Positions 19,482-28,367 of a DNA stretch of 39,520 nt are shown in pieces (the stretch's first letter is position 1; every line of letters starts with the position of its first letter). Below the pieces are notes generated by a model. That model worked only from the letters and a program-made list of their open reading frames with translations. It was not told the DNA's origin and did no database searches. The translations under genes and the position numbers were made by a program. The stretch covers positions 1 to 39,520 of the forward strand of contig JBNKUM010000015.1 of the NCBI GenBank assembly GCA_050298595.1, given 5' to 3'. The stretch is from Gammaproteobacteria bacterium. Lineage in GTDB: Bacteria > Pseudomonadota > Gammaproteobacteria > GCA-001735895.

Positions 19482-21563
19482 TTAATCAAAATCACTTTCA
19501 CTGAGAGGTGGATAAGCATTTTCAATCAACATTAAAAACTGTTTGTGGAACCAGGCACCCGCATGCGGCGCCATTGCTGGTACCACATCCACCGTCACAT
19601 TCTCGCGTTGCTCGCCTGGGATACACATAGTATCCAGTGACTTTCCGGCATAAGCAGGATCGTTAGCCTGATCAACTATCGCTTTATCGATTGCATCCAG
19701 GTCGTTATACGCCTGAGTGCCCTGCGGGTAGTTTTTGACATCAAATGAAATACCGTCAGATTCACCCGGGGGTTTCATCCAGAAGAAGGCATCAACATAA
19801 GGATGCGCAGCAGAAGGACTGGCTTTTGGCGATTCACCGATACCTGCATGATTCACATTACACCAGTGACCACGATGTACTCGCTTATCAACACGATTCG
19901 CGTCAGTGACAGTGGTACCTTTGGTACTATTCGCAGGTGTTGGACGCCCTGGAGCACCCCAGCCATTTCTTGCAGTATCAATAATAAAGCCGAGCTTGTT
20001 GCTATCGAACGCAGCATTACCGATCGCAGAACCACTTGAAATGAAGTAGTCACGCAGCATGGTCGCATAGGTCAGCTCATCGACCGCCGGATTCCATTGG
20101 TAAAAAGGTAGACCGCCGTTTTGCATCAAGGCATCTCGGTTATCCAGCCCCCCTGCCAGCATAGGCTCATCAACCGGTGTATAGCCCGAGGTATTGGATG
20201 CAAATCCACGAACCATATCCAGTCCCTTCCCATCAATCTTGCCATCGGCGCCGTCGATCAACTGCTTGAAGTACTTGACGCCCCGCTTCATATTCGACGT
20301 CATTTCCTGTTTGCTATCCCAGCCTAACCAACCGGCATGACCTATATCCAGATAAGTGTAAACATTGGGAATATCGGCAAAAGAGCGGATTGCCAGACGT
20401 AATCCAGCGCCATATAGACCAAGCCCCGGATTCTCAGCAGTACCCTCTCCCTCAACACTGGTTCCTTCACCAGAATAGTTAAGAATGCGGTCACAGTAAC
20501 CACCACTGGCCAGAGATGCGTGGACATTAGAAGTCGTCAGACTGCTGTTGGCCTCAGGCGAGCCCGATTCATTGGTATTGGTAATCATGTTCGGGAATGA
20601 ATCGGGTTCCAGCAATGCCACAATGCGCAGGTCGCTGTATTTGGGGCGGCTGAAGATATCTGCGATCACAGCAATGTATTCATCCCGGTAGCGTTCAAAC
20701 CCATCACCATTCAATGGAGCACTGGATTCGGATGGCTTACCAACTTCAATCAATTTACCGTTTGAAGCATAAGCCGCGCAATCACGGTCAGGCAGGTCGT
20801 ATACGATAATAACAACCGTCATCGGTGCTTTTTGCCCACCATTTTGGTCGGCAAAGAATTGCTGCTGGGCCAATGCCGCGTCAAGATGACCTTCCAGCGA
20901 GCGTCGGCCAGCACCAGGTTTACCTGAAACAGTTTCAATGGAATCCATCCATACCGCACTAGGCTGGCGTTGAACATATTTGATTTTATTCGCTAACTCG
21001 GTATCGCCTTCTTTCTCAACGATATTCAGCGAGTAGTCCATCATCGTTTTGATGTCTGGACTGAGATAAAAATAAGCATCGTTAAATGGGTTGCCCGTAG
21101 TTTGTAAATCGGCTGAAGGGGTACCTTTCACTTCCTGCGTTAATGGAATATCGCCGGTATAGGTATCAGTCGAAATAACATCGATAGCACCCTGATCAGC
21201 AGTGCCCCCGGTATTGGTGCCCCCGGTATTGTTGCCTCCGGTATTGCTGCCTCCGGTATTGCTGCCTCCTGTATCGGTACCTCCTGTATCGGTACCTCCT
21301 GTATTGGTACCTCCTGTATTGGTACCTCCTGTATTGGTACCTCCTGTATTGGTACCTCCTGTATTGGTACCTCCTGTATTGGTACCTCCTGTATTGGAGC
21401 CTCCTGTATTGGTGCTATCTGTATTTGAACTGTTTCCGCTACTTGATGAATCATTAGCAGATGGTGTAGCGCCACCTTTAGACGAACCAGAACCACAAGC
21501 CTGAAGTGTTAGCAAAAGCGCGAGCAAAACCAGGCGTACTAAAAAATATCTAATCCAATACAT
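19482..21563 (-). CDS. GH6 cellulase (cellobiohydrolase-type) lipoprotein, no recognisable CBM
   Basis: Lipobox LQAC; AVWMD, YDLPDRDC, LEPDS (catalytic Asp), YLDIGHAGWLGW, IDTARNG, GHWCN, WMKPPGESDG, APHAGAWF. Confidence 0.93.
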   Translation of the reverse strand: MYWIRYFLVRLVLLALLLTLQACGSGSSKGGATPSANDSSSSGNSSNTDSTNTGGSNTGGTNTGGTNTGGTNTGGTNTGGTNTGGTNTGGTDTGGTDTGGSNTGGSNTGGNNTGGTNTGGTADQGAIDVISTDTYTGDIPLTQEVKGTPSADLQTTGNPFNDAYFYLSPDIKTMMDYSLNIVEKEGDTELANKIKYVQRQPSAVWMDSIETVSGKPGAGRRSLEGHLDAALAQQQFFADQNGGQKAPMTVVIIVYDLPDRDCAAYASNGKLIEVGKPSESSAPLNGDGFERYRDEYIAVIADIFSRPKYSDLRIVALLEPDSFPNMITNTNESGSPEANSSLTTSNVHASLASGGYCDRILNYSGEGTSVEGEGTAENPGLGLYGAGLRLAIRSFADIPNVYTYLDIGHAGWLGWDSKQEMTSNMKRGVKYFKQLIDGADGKIDGKGLDMVRGFASNTSGYTPVDEPMLAGGLDNRDALMQNGGLPFYQWNPAVDELTYATMLRDYFISSGSAIGNAAFDSNKLGFIIDTARNGWGAPGRPTPANSTKGTTVTDANRVDKRVHRGHWCNVNHAGIGESPKASPSAAHPYVDAFFWMKPPGESDGISFDVKNYPQGTQAYNDLDAIDKAIVDQANDPAYAGKSLDTMCIPGEQRENVTVDVVPAMAPHAGAWFHKQFLMLIENAYPPLSESDFD
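21205..21414 (-). repeat. 15-bp tandem repeat encoding a (TNTGG)x14 linker
   Basis: CCTCCTGTATTGGTA and variants; 14 units counted in the translation. Confidence 0.95.
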
Positions 21564-22184
21564 GCTTAATACATCCGTAGAGTCAAATTAATAATTCATT
21601 AAAGGCTGAAAATAAAGTTAATGACCGGACTAGATATGAAAAATTTATTCCTTTTTCATTAATCGTTTAAAATATATCTATGACGGGAATTCGAGAATCA
21701 ATCTCAACCTTATTGATACAATCTTGCAATTCTAGTTGTTTACATGGGCTTTTCAACAGTCTGGAACTGTTTCACAAAATCAATAAAGTCACATATTTTC
21801 TCTTTACTTTATCCGCCTGATTTGTTAACTGCACCCTCCTCTGTCAATACATCCTTTCAGCGAACAAGCTCCAGTTTTCATCGCTTGAATTTGATGGTCA
21901 GCGTTTTCCGAGGGATTGCGACGACGCTTCCGTTATCGCTGAAGATCAGTGATTTTCTCTTTAACAACAAACACTATATTGATAACGTCACAATCTAAGG
22001 TGTCAGAGTGCCAATATCAGAATTACTGTTTTAAAACAGGCTTTAATAGCCTATGCGACCACCGCTTCGTTCTCATCTATAAAGGTCGTTCCAAAAGCTA
22101 TGCGTTATTTATGAAAAGTTTTATAAGCAGGTTGATATTCTTTATGAGTACCGATATCTCAGTAAAAGATGAATCGGCCAGGGT

Positions 22185-23585
22185 TCACGCAAGGCTAGCA
22201 TAAACAACCACCCATACCGACAGGATAACGCCACAAATCAGGGTATAAACTCCATTCCAGCGCTGGCCTACATGCGCAGAGTTGACACCTGCAAAATTTC
22301 CGATAAGCATAGTGGTTGCGGTAAATGGAGAACTGACGCCGCTTAATAACCAGCCTGCAGTTAATGAGATGACTATCGCTACCGGTGACACGCCAAGTTG
22401 TGCGGCATCTGGTAACACCGGCGCTATTAACGCAACCGCCAATATCGGATTCATACCAAGCTGGCCTGCCAATGGGATAAGCCACACCATCAGCACCAGA
22501 ACACTCCAGGCGGGTAATACAGTTAAATCAATACTCAGTGTTGCCATCAATGAACCTAACAGCGGAGAAGCCACGGTTCCGATATAACCTGCCATCACCA
22601 ATAACACCAGTTCACCGCGAAAATCTGCCAGCTGTACCAGCAGGTATTCTGAACTACGTTTAGTTACCTGTTGCAAAGGATGCTGCGATCTATTCTGCAC
22701 TGCGATCCAGGCCATAGATAATAACGGTACTATAACCATCACCAATGCCAGCACTCGAATCCCCGTCAAGTAGTAGGCCACGCCCAGCAGTGATATCAGT
22801 ACTAACAGCAGTAATATCAAAGGCAATACGGCAAGCCAGCTGCCTTCAACCTGTCGCTGAGGGATGGCGGCAGTTAACAGTTTTGGTTTAAATACCGTAT
22901 CCAGAGTCCAGCCCACACCCACGAGTATGGCCCCATTAATCAGGCCGGGTAAGAAACATAAGGCCCATGAAGTACCGGGGATTAACGAAGTCGGTATGGC
23001 CATAGCAAAAGACAGCGGTGACCAGGAAAGAGTAGAAACAAAACCGCGTTGTATCGCCAGTAGCATACGCCTTACCCGATGATTACGAATTTCTTCGTTT
23101 TTCTCCAGGCTGGCATTAACAATCGTCATACTACCGAGTAGTGATATAGCCCCGTAATTCAGTAACAGGCCAAATAACTGACCACCAACCGTCAAAGCTG
23201 CGTAGCGTCTACCCGGCGGTTGCTGAGATAAAAAACGTCCACATAACTGTATCGCTGGTGATGTGGATGCCGCATATTTGAGTGTGGTTAAGGCTGCAAA
23301 AAAAGCAGCGATGAAAGAGCCCGTAGCAAAACCGGAAGTAAGGGTTTGCGAAGCCTGATCATTCCAGATCAGGTTAATCATCGTCAGAATCACCGCTATC
23401 AGGACATAAATTCTGCGCCCATACGAGACATAAAAGCTCAGCATGAATATCAACAGCACGAGCGGTATAAATATAACGCTGTCGACACCCGACCAGAGTT
23501 TGAATTCACGACACAGCACCAGTAGCCCGATACAGAGAGACAACAGGCCGGTCAATTTTCCCATCGATGGGGGTATAGCTTTCAT
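22185..23585 (-). CDS. Multi-pass membrane protein, probable secondary transporter of unknown substrate
   Basis: About 12-13 hydrophobic segments; RGF...WSPL and GMNPI motifs. Family not pinned down. Confidence 0.65.
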   Translation of the reverse strand: MKAIPPSMGKLTGLLSLCIGLLVLCREFKLWSGVDSVIFIPLVLLIFMLSFYVSYGRRIYVLIAVILTMINLIWNDQASQTLTSGFATGSFIAAFFAALTTLKYAASTSPAIQLCGRFLSQQPPGRRYAALTVGGQLFGLLLNYGAISLLGSMTIVNASLEKNEEIRNHRVRRMLLAIQRGFVSTLSWSPLSFAMAIPTSLIPGTSWALCFLPGLINGAILVGVGWTLDTVFKPKLLTAAIPQRQVEGSWLAVLPLILLLLVLISLLGVAYYLTGIRVLALVMVIVPLLSMAWIAVQNRSQHPLQQVTKRSSEYLLVQLADFRGELVLLVMAGYIGTVASPLLGSLMATLSIDLTVLPAWSVLVLMVWLIPLAGQLGMNPILAVALIAPVLPDAAQLGVSPVAIVISLTAGWLLSGVSSPFTATTMLIGNFAGVNSAHVGQRWNGVYTLICGVILSVWVVVYASLA

Positions 23586-23959
23586 GGATAGATGAGCTGC
23601 AATTATTAAACCGGGATTATAACCGGATACTTAACCAAACCCGCCAGTAAAGTTGGTCTAAGCCCGGCTCAATTATTCATAGTCAGCAATATAGATAGTA
23701 GCAGGATTCACCTGTTGGGTTTTCAGCATGGATGCTGTTATATCGCGAATGCATGGATGCATAGGAGCGTGAAAAGATAAACCGACTTTAATGGTCTAAG
23801 AAACAGTGGCTTACCCTCTTAATACAAGCGGTCAACTGCAAACCCCAGGATGATGCTTAAGACCTCACGTAGATTTCCTATGAACTTATTTGAAATTGTA
23901 TACTCATACCACTTAGCTACTCTTAAAGCCGTATACCTTTAACTCAAACCTTTTTTAAT

Positions 23960-24361
23960 GTGTGGTTATTGAGAATTCTCTCCCCAATGAACTGGCCCAA
24001 GCAAAAATTTCTACCATGGACTTTAATGCTGATAATGGTATTCAGCTCCGTACAGGCTGCAGTTAACGATTACTTTATGGAGCACAGTGTAAAATGTCCT
24101 ATGTCTGAAATGCATTTGGTAGCCGAACAATCTACATCGCTATCATCAGATAATGACCAGCCAACAAAGCTTGATACTACTCATAGCAACCATTGCCAAT
24201 TACACCCACAGTGTACTGCACATATAAATTTAACTTCGTTATTAGACTTAAATCTGGATCAGTTAGCCTTCAGACAGCCTATACGCAATATACTGATTTC
24301 TGGCGATGAATTAGTTCTCTCAATCTATCCAACCCTGTCTAAACGCCCTCCGAAGACCTGA
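23960..24361 (+). CDS. Small exported Cys/His protein ending in RPP (CopL/DUF2946-like)
   Basis: Hydrophobic signal ending VQAA, central HSNHCQLHPQCTAH, C-terminal YPTLSKRPPKT. Start codon uncertain. Confidence 0.6.
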   Translation: MWLLRILSPMNWPKQKFLPWTLMLIMVFSSVQAAVNDYFMEHSVKCPMSEMHLVAEQSTSLSSDNDQPTKLDTTHSNHCQLHPQCTAHINLTSLLDLNLDQLAFRQPIRNILISGDELVLSIYPTLSKRPPKT

Positions 24362-24563
24362 TCCACCTGGCTTAAACTCATAAGCCTTTTCGACGTTATC
24401 TGCTTTATCTTTATACAGCAGTAAAAGTGTCTGAGATAACTTAGCAATTGATACATATAGCAGTTAAGCATAATCCCAGATAACCAATGAAATTAATGCA
24501 AGTAGTGATATTTAAATAACCTGGAGTCATATGACTTCATTAAATAAGCAACGAGGAAATGAA

Positions 24564-24974
24564 ATGAAAACAATTAAAAGTTTGATATTAAGTACTGTAG
24601 TGATTGCAATGTCTTCAGCAGTTGGGGCTCAGGGAATGGACCCATCGATGATGCAACAGTACCCAGGCGGCATGACGCCTCAACAAATGCAGCAGATGCA
24701 ACAGCAAAGAATGCAAAATGGTATGCCCATGGGAGATCCTGGCACGATGCCGATGTACCAGCAAAATATGCCCATGATGGATTCACAGCGTAACCAGATG
24801 ATGATGGATCCGGTAATGCGCAAAAATATGATGCAATATCGTCAGGCATGCATGTCTGGGCAGGGCGGTATGATGCATCATCAAATGATGCAACACATGA
24901 CTCAAATGGAGCAGCGTCTGGATAAAATTGAAGCGATGTTAGCAGAGCTAATCAAGTTACAGAAAAGTAAATAG
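24564..24974 (+). CDS. Periplasmic Met/Gln-rich protein, possible Cu(I)/Ag(I) binder
   Basis: GAGGA RBS before MKTIKS, a signal peptide, very high Met content, MMHHQMMQHM and a C-terminal coiled coil. Confidence 0.65.
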   Translation: MKTIKSLILSTVVIAMSSAVGAQGMDPSMMQQYPGGMTPQQMQQMQQQRMQNGMPMGDPGTMPMYQQNMPMMDSQRNQMMMDPVMRKNMMQYRQACMSGQGGMMHHQMMQHMTQMEQRLDKIEAMLAELIKLQKSK

Positions 24975-25064
24975 AAACACCTACAAAGTTATTCGTGTGC
25001 AGAATTAGATATTTACCAGCACCCGGATAAATTATTTTGGGACACTTAAAGAGGTGATGAGATT

Positions 25065-25280
25065 ATGAACAGTTTATCAATGAGTATTGGTCCATTTTAC
25101 ATGATAGCCACCTGGGTATTAGTTGGATTTTCAACCTATGCACTTTTTAGATTCTTTTTTTCAAATACCCAGAACAACAAAGTCGAAAGCGATATTGATA
25201 TCCTGAAGAAGAGATATGCAAAGGGTGAGATTGACTCAGCAGAGTTTAATAAGATTAAAAATGATCTCCAACGATATTAG
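25065..25280 (+). CDS. Small membrane protein with SHOCT domain
   Basis: One TM helix followed by DILKKRYAKGEIDSAEFNKIK. Confidence 0.8.
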   Translation: MNSLSMSIGPFYMIATWVLVGFSTYALFRFFFSNTQNNKVESDIDILKKRYAKGEIDSAEFNKIKNDLQRY

Positions 25281-25442
25281 GGAACCTCTGATCAAATCGT
25301 GGATCGGTGTGTGGTGGCTGAAATAATCCGGATCAGCGTTAAAAAGTTTCGCAAGAGCTTGCTATTACGTGCACTTTTCGCCTTGATCCGAACTATTTCA
25401 TCTCACCACACCCTCGACCCAGAACTAATCATAGGTTCCATA
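25278..25442. mobile_element. MITE-like long imperfect palindrome
   Basis: Ends TAGGGAACCTCTGAT ... ATCATAGGTTCCATA; internal pairing GTGTGGTG/CACCACAC, TGAAATA/TATTTCA, CGGATCA/TGATCCG; TA at both ends. Confidence 0.7.
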
Positions 25443-25454
25443 GAGGTGTAAGCG

Positions 25455-25799
25455 ATGTCACAGACAAGTTTAGTAAGGCGTAAAATTTCATTATCTGCTC
25501 CAGTTTCGAACGAACAAATACAGAAATGTATTACATCAATGAGAGAGAATGAGGCCATACAAAACGTAGAGTATGGTCGGTCCAGTAACACCCTCTCAAT
25601 TGAATATGATCAGCTTTTAACGAACTACTCAACTCTATTAGCCCACCTGTCTGAGCTGGATATTGCTTATAAAGAAAGTCTTACTTTTAAATTACGAAAA
25701 AACTGGTATGACTACCTGGATGCAAACACCAGAGAAAATGCATTGGCACCGCCTGCATCCTGCTGTAATAAGCCGCCTAAAAAAACCAACTTAAAATGA
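25455..25799 (+). CDS. HMA-like small protein with C-terminal SCCNKPP
   Basis: GAGGT RBS; LSIEYD ferredoxin-like pattern; terminal CC motif; located in a metal-related cluster. Confidence 0.55.
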   Translation: MSQTSLVRRKISLSAPVSNEQIQKCITSMRENEAIQNVEYGRSSNTLSIEYDQLLTNYSTLLAHLSELDIAYKESLTFKLRKNWYDYLDANTRENALAPPASCCNKPPKKTNLK

Positions 25800-25888
25800 A
25801 ATTACCGGAGCTCATCTCATGAGCGAAGTTACTGATAAACGGAGATAAACGCGGACATATATTCACGCCAAATTTTTCATACGTGTAT

Positions 25889-26245
25889 CTACTCTTTTCT
25901 CAGAGGCAAACCACCAAGGGGAATAGTTAAAACTGAACCTAGCCACAGTATCGGAATACTGATAAGGGTAACCAAACCGCATTCATGTCCTTTACAAAGA
26001 TAAAAGTAATATGAAACAAGTATAGGAATAAAATAGGTAAGAATAGAGCTTATTAGGACCCTATGTGGAAATACAGACCAAAAACTTATTACAATAAAAA
26101 TTACAACTGGAATGAAAAATATGGATAAGACAGCTATGGAGTAGTACCCAAATTCAGAAAAATCAAATCCGCGCGTCAAAAAATATAGTTGTAATATTCC
26201 GAAAATTGCCGAAGTAATCACTGAAAGTATTGGAGTTATTTTCAT
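25889..26245 (-). CDS. AT-rich 4-TM hypothetical protein, probable integron cassette
   Basis: ATG lies 7 nt after the GTTAGGG of the attC; hydrophobic; CKGHECG loop. Confidence 0.6.
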   Translation of the reverse strand: MKITPILSVITSAIFGILQLYFLTRGFDFSEFGYYSIAVLSIFFIPVVIFIVISFWSVFPHRVLISSILTYFIPILVSYYFYLCKGHECGLVTLISIPILWLGSVLTIPLGGLPLRKE

Positions 26246-26252
26246 ATTGGTT

Positions 26253-26340
26253 CCCTAACGCTTACTTAAACAGCTGCGCCACAGAGGTAACGTGAGTGGC
26301 ACGATAGTTCCGCGAGTCCGTTTTAAAGTTTTTGTTTGGA
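26253..26340 (-). other. Integron attC recombination site
   Basis: Minus strand reads TCCAAAC-AAAAA-CTTTAAAAC...GCCAC..GTGGC...GTTTAAG-TAAGC-GTTAGGG: AAC/GTT core boxes, 5-nt spacers, L boxes with extra bases, 88 bp long. Confidence 0.7.
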
Positions 26341-26378
26341 TAATAATAAATTGGATGTTCTCAATTATCATTTTCTAT

Positions 26379-26678
26379 TTAGCCATCTCTTCTTTTCCAC
26401 AAAATAATAAACAAACTAGCAAAAAATACTGGAGTCCAAAACCATTTTGCTACCGTTACTTTATAAGCAAAACTATCTTGACTCGGTACCTCTATACCTA
26501 GTATTGAAATTGGAATGTCGGCCATTGAAATAACTATATCAGTGACAACAGGCACGGGGATTATTGCAAAAACAAACAAAACCAAAGGGAATATAAAGAA
26601 AAAAAATAAAGCAAAAATACTAGATACGATTGCCGCGGCAACAAATTGATTTACTTTATTTTTATTTTCATTATCCAT
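26379..26678 (-). CDS. AT-rich small membrane protein, probable integron cassette
   Basis: Preceded by GTTAGGA (26691-26685) 6 nt before the ATG and followed by the attC. Confidence 0.6.
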   Translation of the reverse strand: MDNENKNKVNQFVAAAIVSSIFALFFFFIFPLVLFVFAIIPVPVVTDIVISMADIPISILGIEVPSQDSFAYKVTVAKWFWTPVFFASLFIILWKRRDG

Positions 26679-26736
26679 TCAACATCCTAACCAGGCTGTA
26701 GAAAAATTAAGTTTTGAATACAGATATTCTCTAACC

Positions 26737-26937
26737 TGTAGTAGTTCAGACCCGATCTGACAGTTACCGGATTTTAGAAGTGACTGTCAGGTTAAATTTA
26801 GTTTAATAATTTTTCCTTCCAGATTTTCTTGCCATCGATGAGTGTCTCCATCGGTGTTCTACCGCAGCACATTTTACCTTGATGCGTGCGCTCATTATTG
26901 TAGTAAAGCATCCATTCGTCCAGATCATTTTGCAACT
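26737..26937 (-). mobile_element. IS481-family fragment (transposase C-terminus plus right end)
   Basis: Minus strand encodes LQNDLDEWMLYYNNERTHQGKMCCGRTPMETLIDGKKIWKEK, then ends ...CTGTCAGATCGGGTCTGAACTACTACA (TGT/ACA terminus). The 5' part is missing. Confidence 0.8.
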
Positions 26938-27048
26938 AATCTTTTTAAATCTTTTTAAATCTTTTTAGGACACCCAGTTTTTGATACTTGACATGACTAT
27001 AGATCAACGCTAACGTAAAATCCATTGACTCAACGCAAGGAGCGCATT

Positions 27049-28056
27049 ATACCTAAAGCTAGGAAAACTCAGGTTTCTATCGAAGCCACCCCTTACTACC
27101 ATTGTATTTCCCGCTGTGTACGCCGTGCTTTTTTATGTGGCAAAGACTCCCAATCCGGTCAGGATTATGAACACAGAAGACAATGGATCGAAGATCGACT
27201 ACTTTCATTATCTAAAATCTTTGCTATTGATATCGCCGCTTATGCGATCCTGAGCAATCACTATCATGTCGTTCTGCATATCGATCAGCAAAAGGCCGAA
27301 GCCTGGTCTATACGTGAGGTCTGTAACCAATGGCATCAATTGTTTTCTGGGTTTAGCCTGTCCAAACGTTTTATGACGGGAGAAGCCTTATCGCCTGCTG
27401 AAGAAGAGCAGTTAACGCTAAAAGTAGAAGACTGGCGACAACGCCTAATGGATATCAGTTGGTTCATGCGTTGTTTGAATGAACCTATTGCACGTCAGGC
27501 TAACCAGTAAGATAAGGCCACCGGAAGGTTCTGGGAAGGACGTTTCAAGTCTCAAGCCCTGCTAGATGAAAAAGCATTGGCTGCCTGTATGGCATATGTC
27601 GATCTCAATCCCATTTGTTCCCGTATGGCACAGACACCTGAAACATCGGATCACACCTCTGTTAAGAAACGCATCAAACACCAATCACAGACTAGTCCTG
27701 TTAACCCAGAAGCAATACGTGCTCAACCCAGTCAGTTACTTCCTTTCGCAGGTTACCCGAGTAACAAAATGCCAAAAGGCTTACCCTTTAGGTATACCGA
27801 TTATCTAGAACTTGTTGAATGGACTGGACGTATTCTGCGAGATGATAAAAAGGGATATATTCCTGACCATCTGCCAGACATACTGACCCGACTTAATATT
27901 GATCCCAGGCACTGGGTTTACCTGACAAAAGATTTTGAAAGCCCATTTAAATCATTGGTCGGTAGCGCTTATAAAATTAGGCAAGCCTGTGAACAAATGG
28001 GAAAGAACTGGGTGCACGGCGTGAAGCGCTGTGCTGAAGTTTTTCCTGACACATAA
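27049..28056 (+). pseudogene. REP-associated-type HuH/Y1 transposase pseudogene
   Basis: YYHCISRCVRRAFLCG, SNHYHVVL (HuH), GRFWEGRFKS, AYVDLNP. In-frame TAA at 27508-27510, and the codon after the AAGGAG RBS is ATA rather than ATG. Confidence 0.88.
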
Positions 28057-28241
28057 CTAAACAACCCCTTAAAAATTTCTTTCAAACACCAACTTGATAT
28101 CACAGGTTGCAGGATCATTTTGTCTTGAGAAGCAAGCCAGAGATAAAATTCACAATAAGGTTAAACAAAACCCTATTTTTGACTTAATACCCCCTTCATT
28201 TAACTGTAGCCATAGCTGAAGTTTAATTTCCTTTTCATTTA

Positions 28242-28367
28242 CTGGGTGTCTTTGTTTACTCTGGGTGTCTTTGTTTACTCTCTGGGTGTCTTTGTTTACT
28301 CTTGTTTACTCTTTTTTACTGTCTTTGTTTACTGTCTTTGTTTACTGTTGTTTACTGTTTGTTTACT
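28242..28367 (+). repeat. Variable-length tandem array with a shared 3' end
   Basis: CTGGGTGTCTTTGTTTACT x3, then six shorter units all ending in TTTACT. Confidence 0.9.

Larger units (their letters stand above)
26938..28367 (+). mobile_element. RAYT/TnpA-Y1-type element bounded by 10-bp inverted repeats and terminal tandem arrays
   Basis: GACACCCAGT (26969-26978) and ACTGGGTGTC (28241-28250) flank the transposase; AATCTTTTTA x3 on the left and a TTTACT-ended array on the right. Confidence 0.7.

Noticed and set aside
21140-21504. Alternative-frame ORFs (PIQEV)n and (PPVLV)n
   Set aside because: They are shadows of the GH6 15-bp linker repeat.
21600-22180. Short ORFs upstream of GH6
   Set aside because: No recognisable motifs or RBS; likely promoter region or decayed DNA.
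23725-23770. GCATGGATGC repeated twice
   Set aside because: Short REP-like remnant, too little to define an element or RNA.
26292-26501. 69-aa plus-strand ORF
   Set aside because: It overlaps the attC and is antisense to the cassette ORF.
27025-28056. Two separate transposase genes or programmed readthrough
   Set aside because: Both parts are in one frame split by a single TAA and the start codon also looks mutated, so a pseudogene is simpler.
28242-28367. Possible CRISPR array
   Set aside because: Units are adjacent with no unique spacers, and no cas genes are present.
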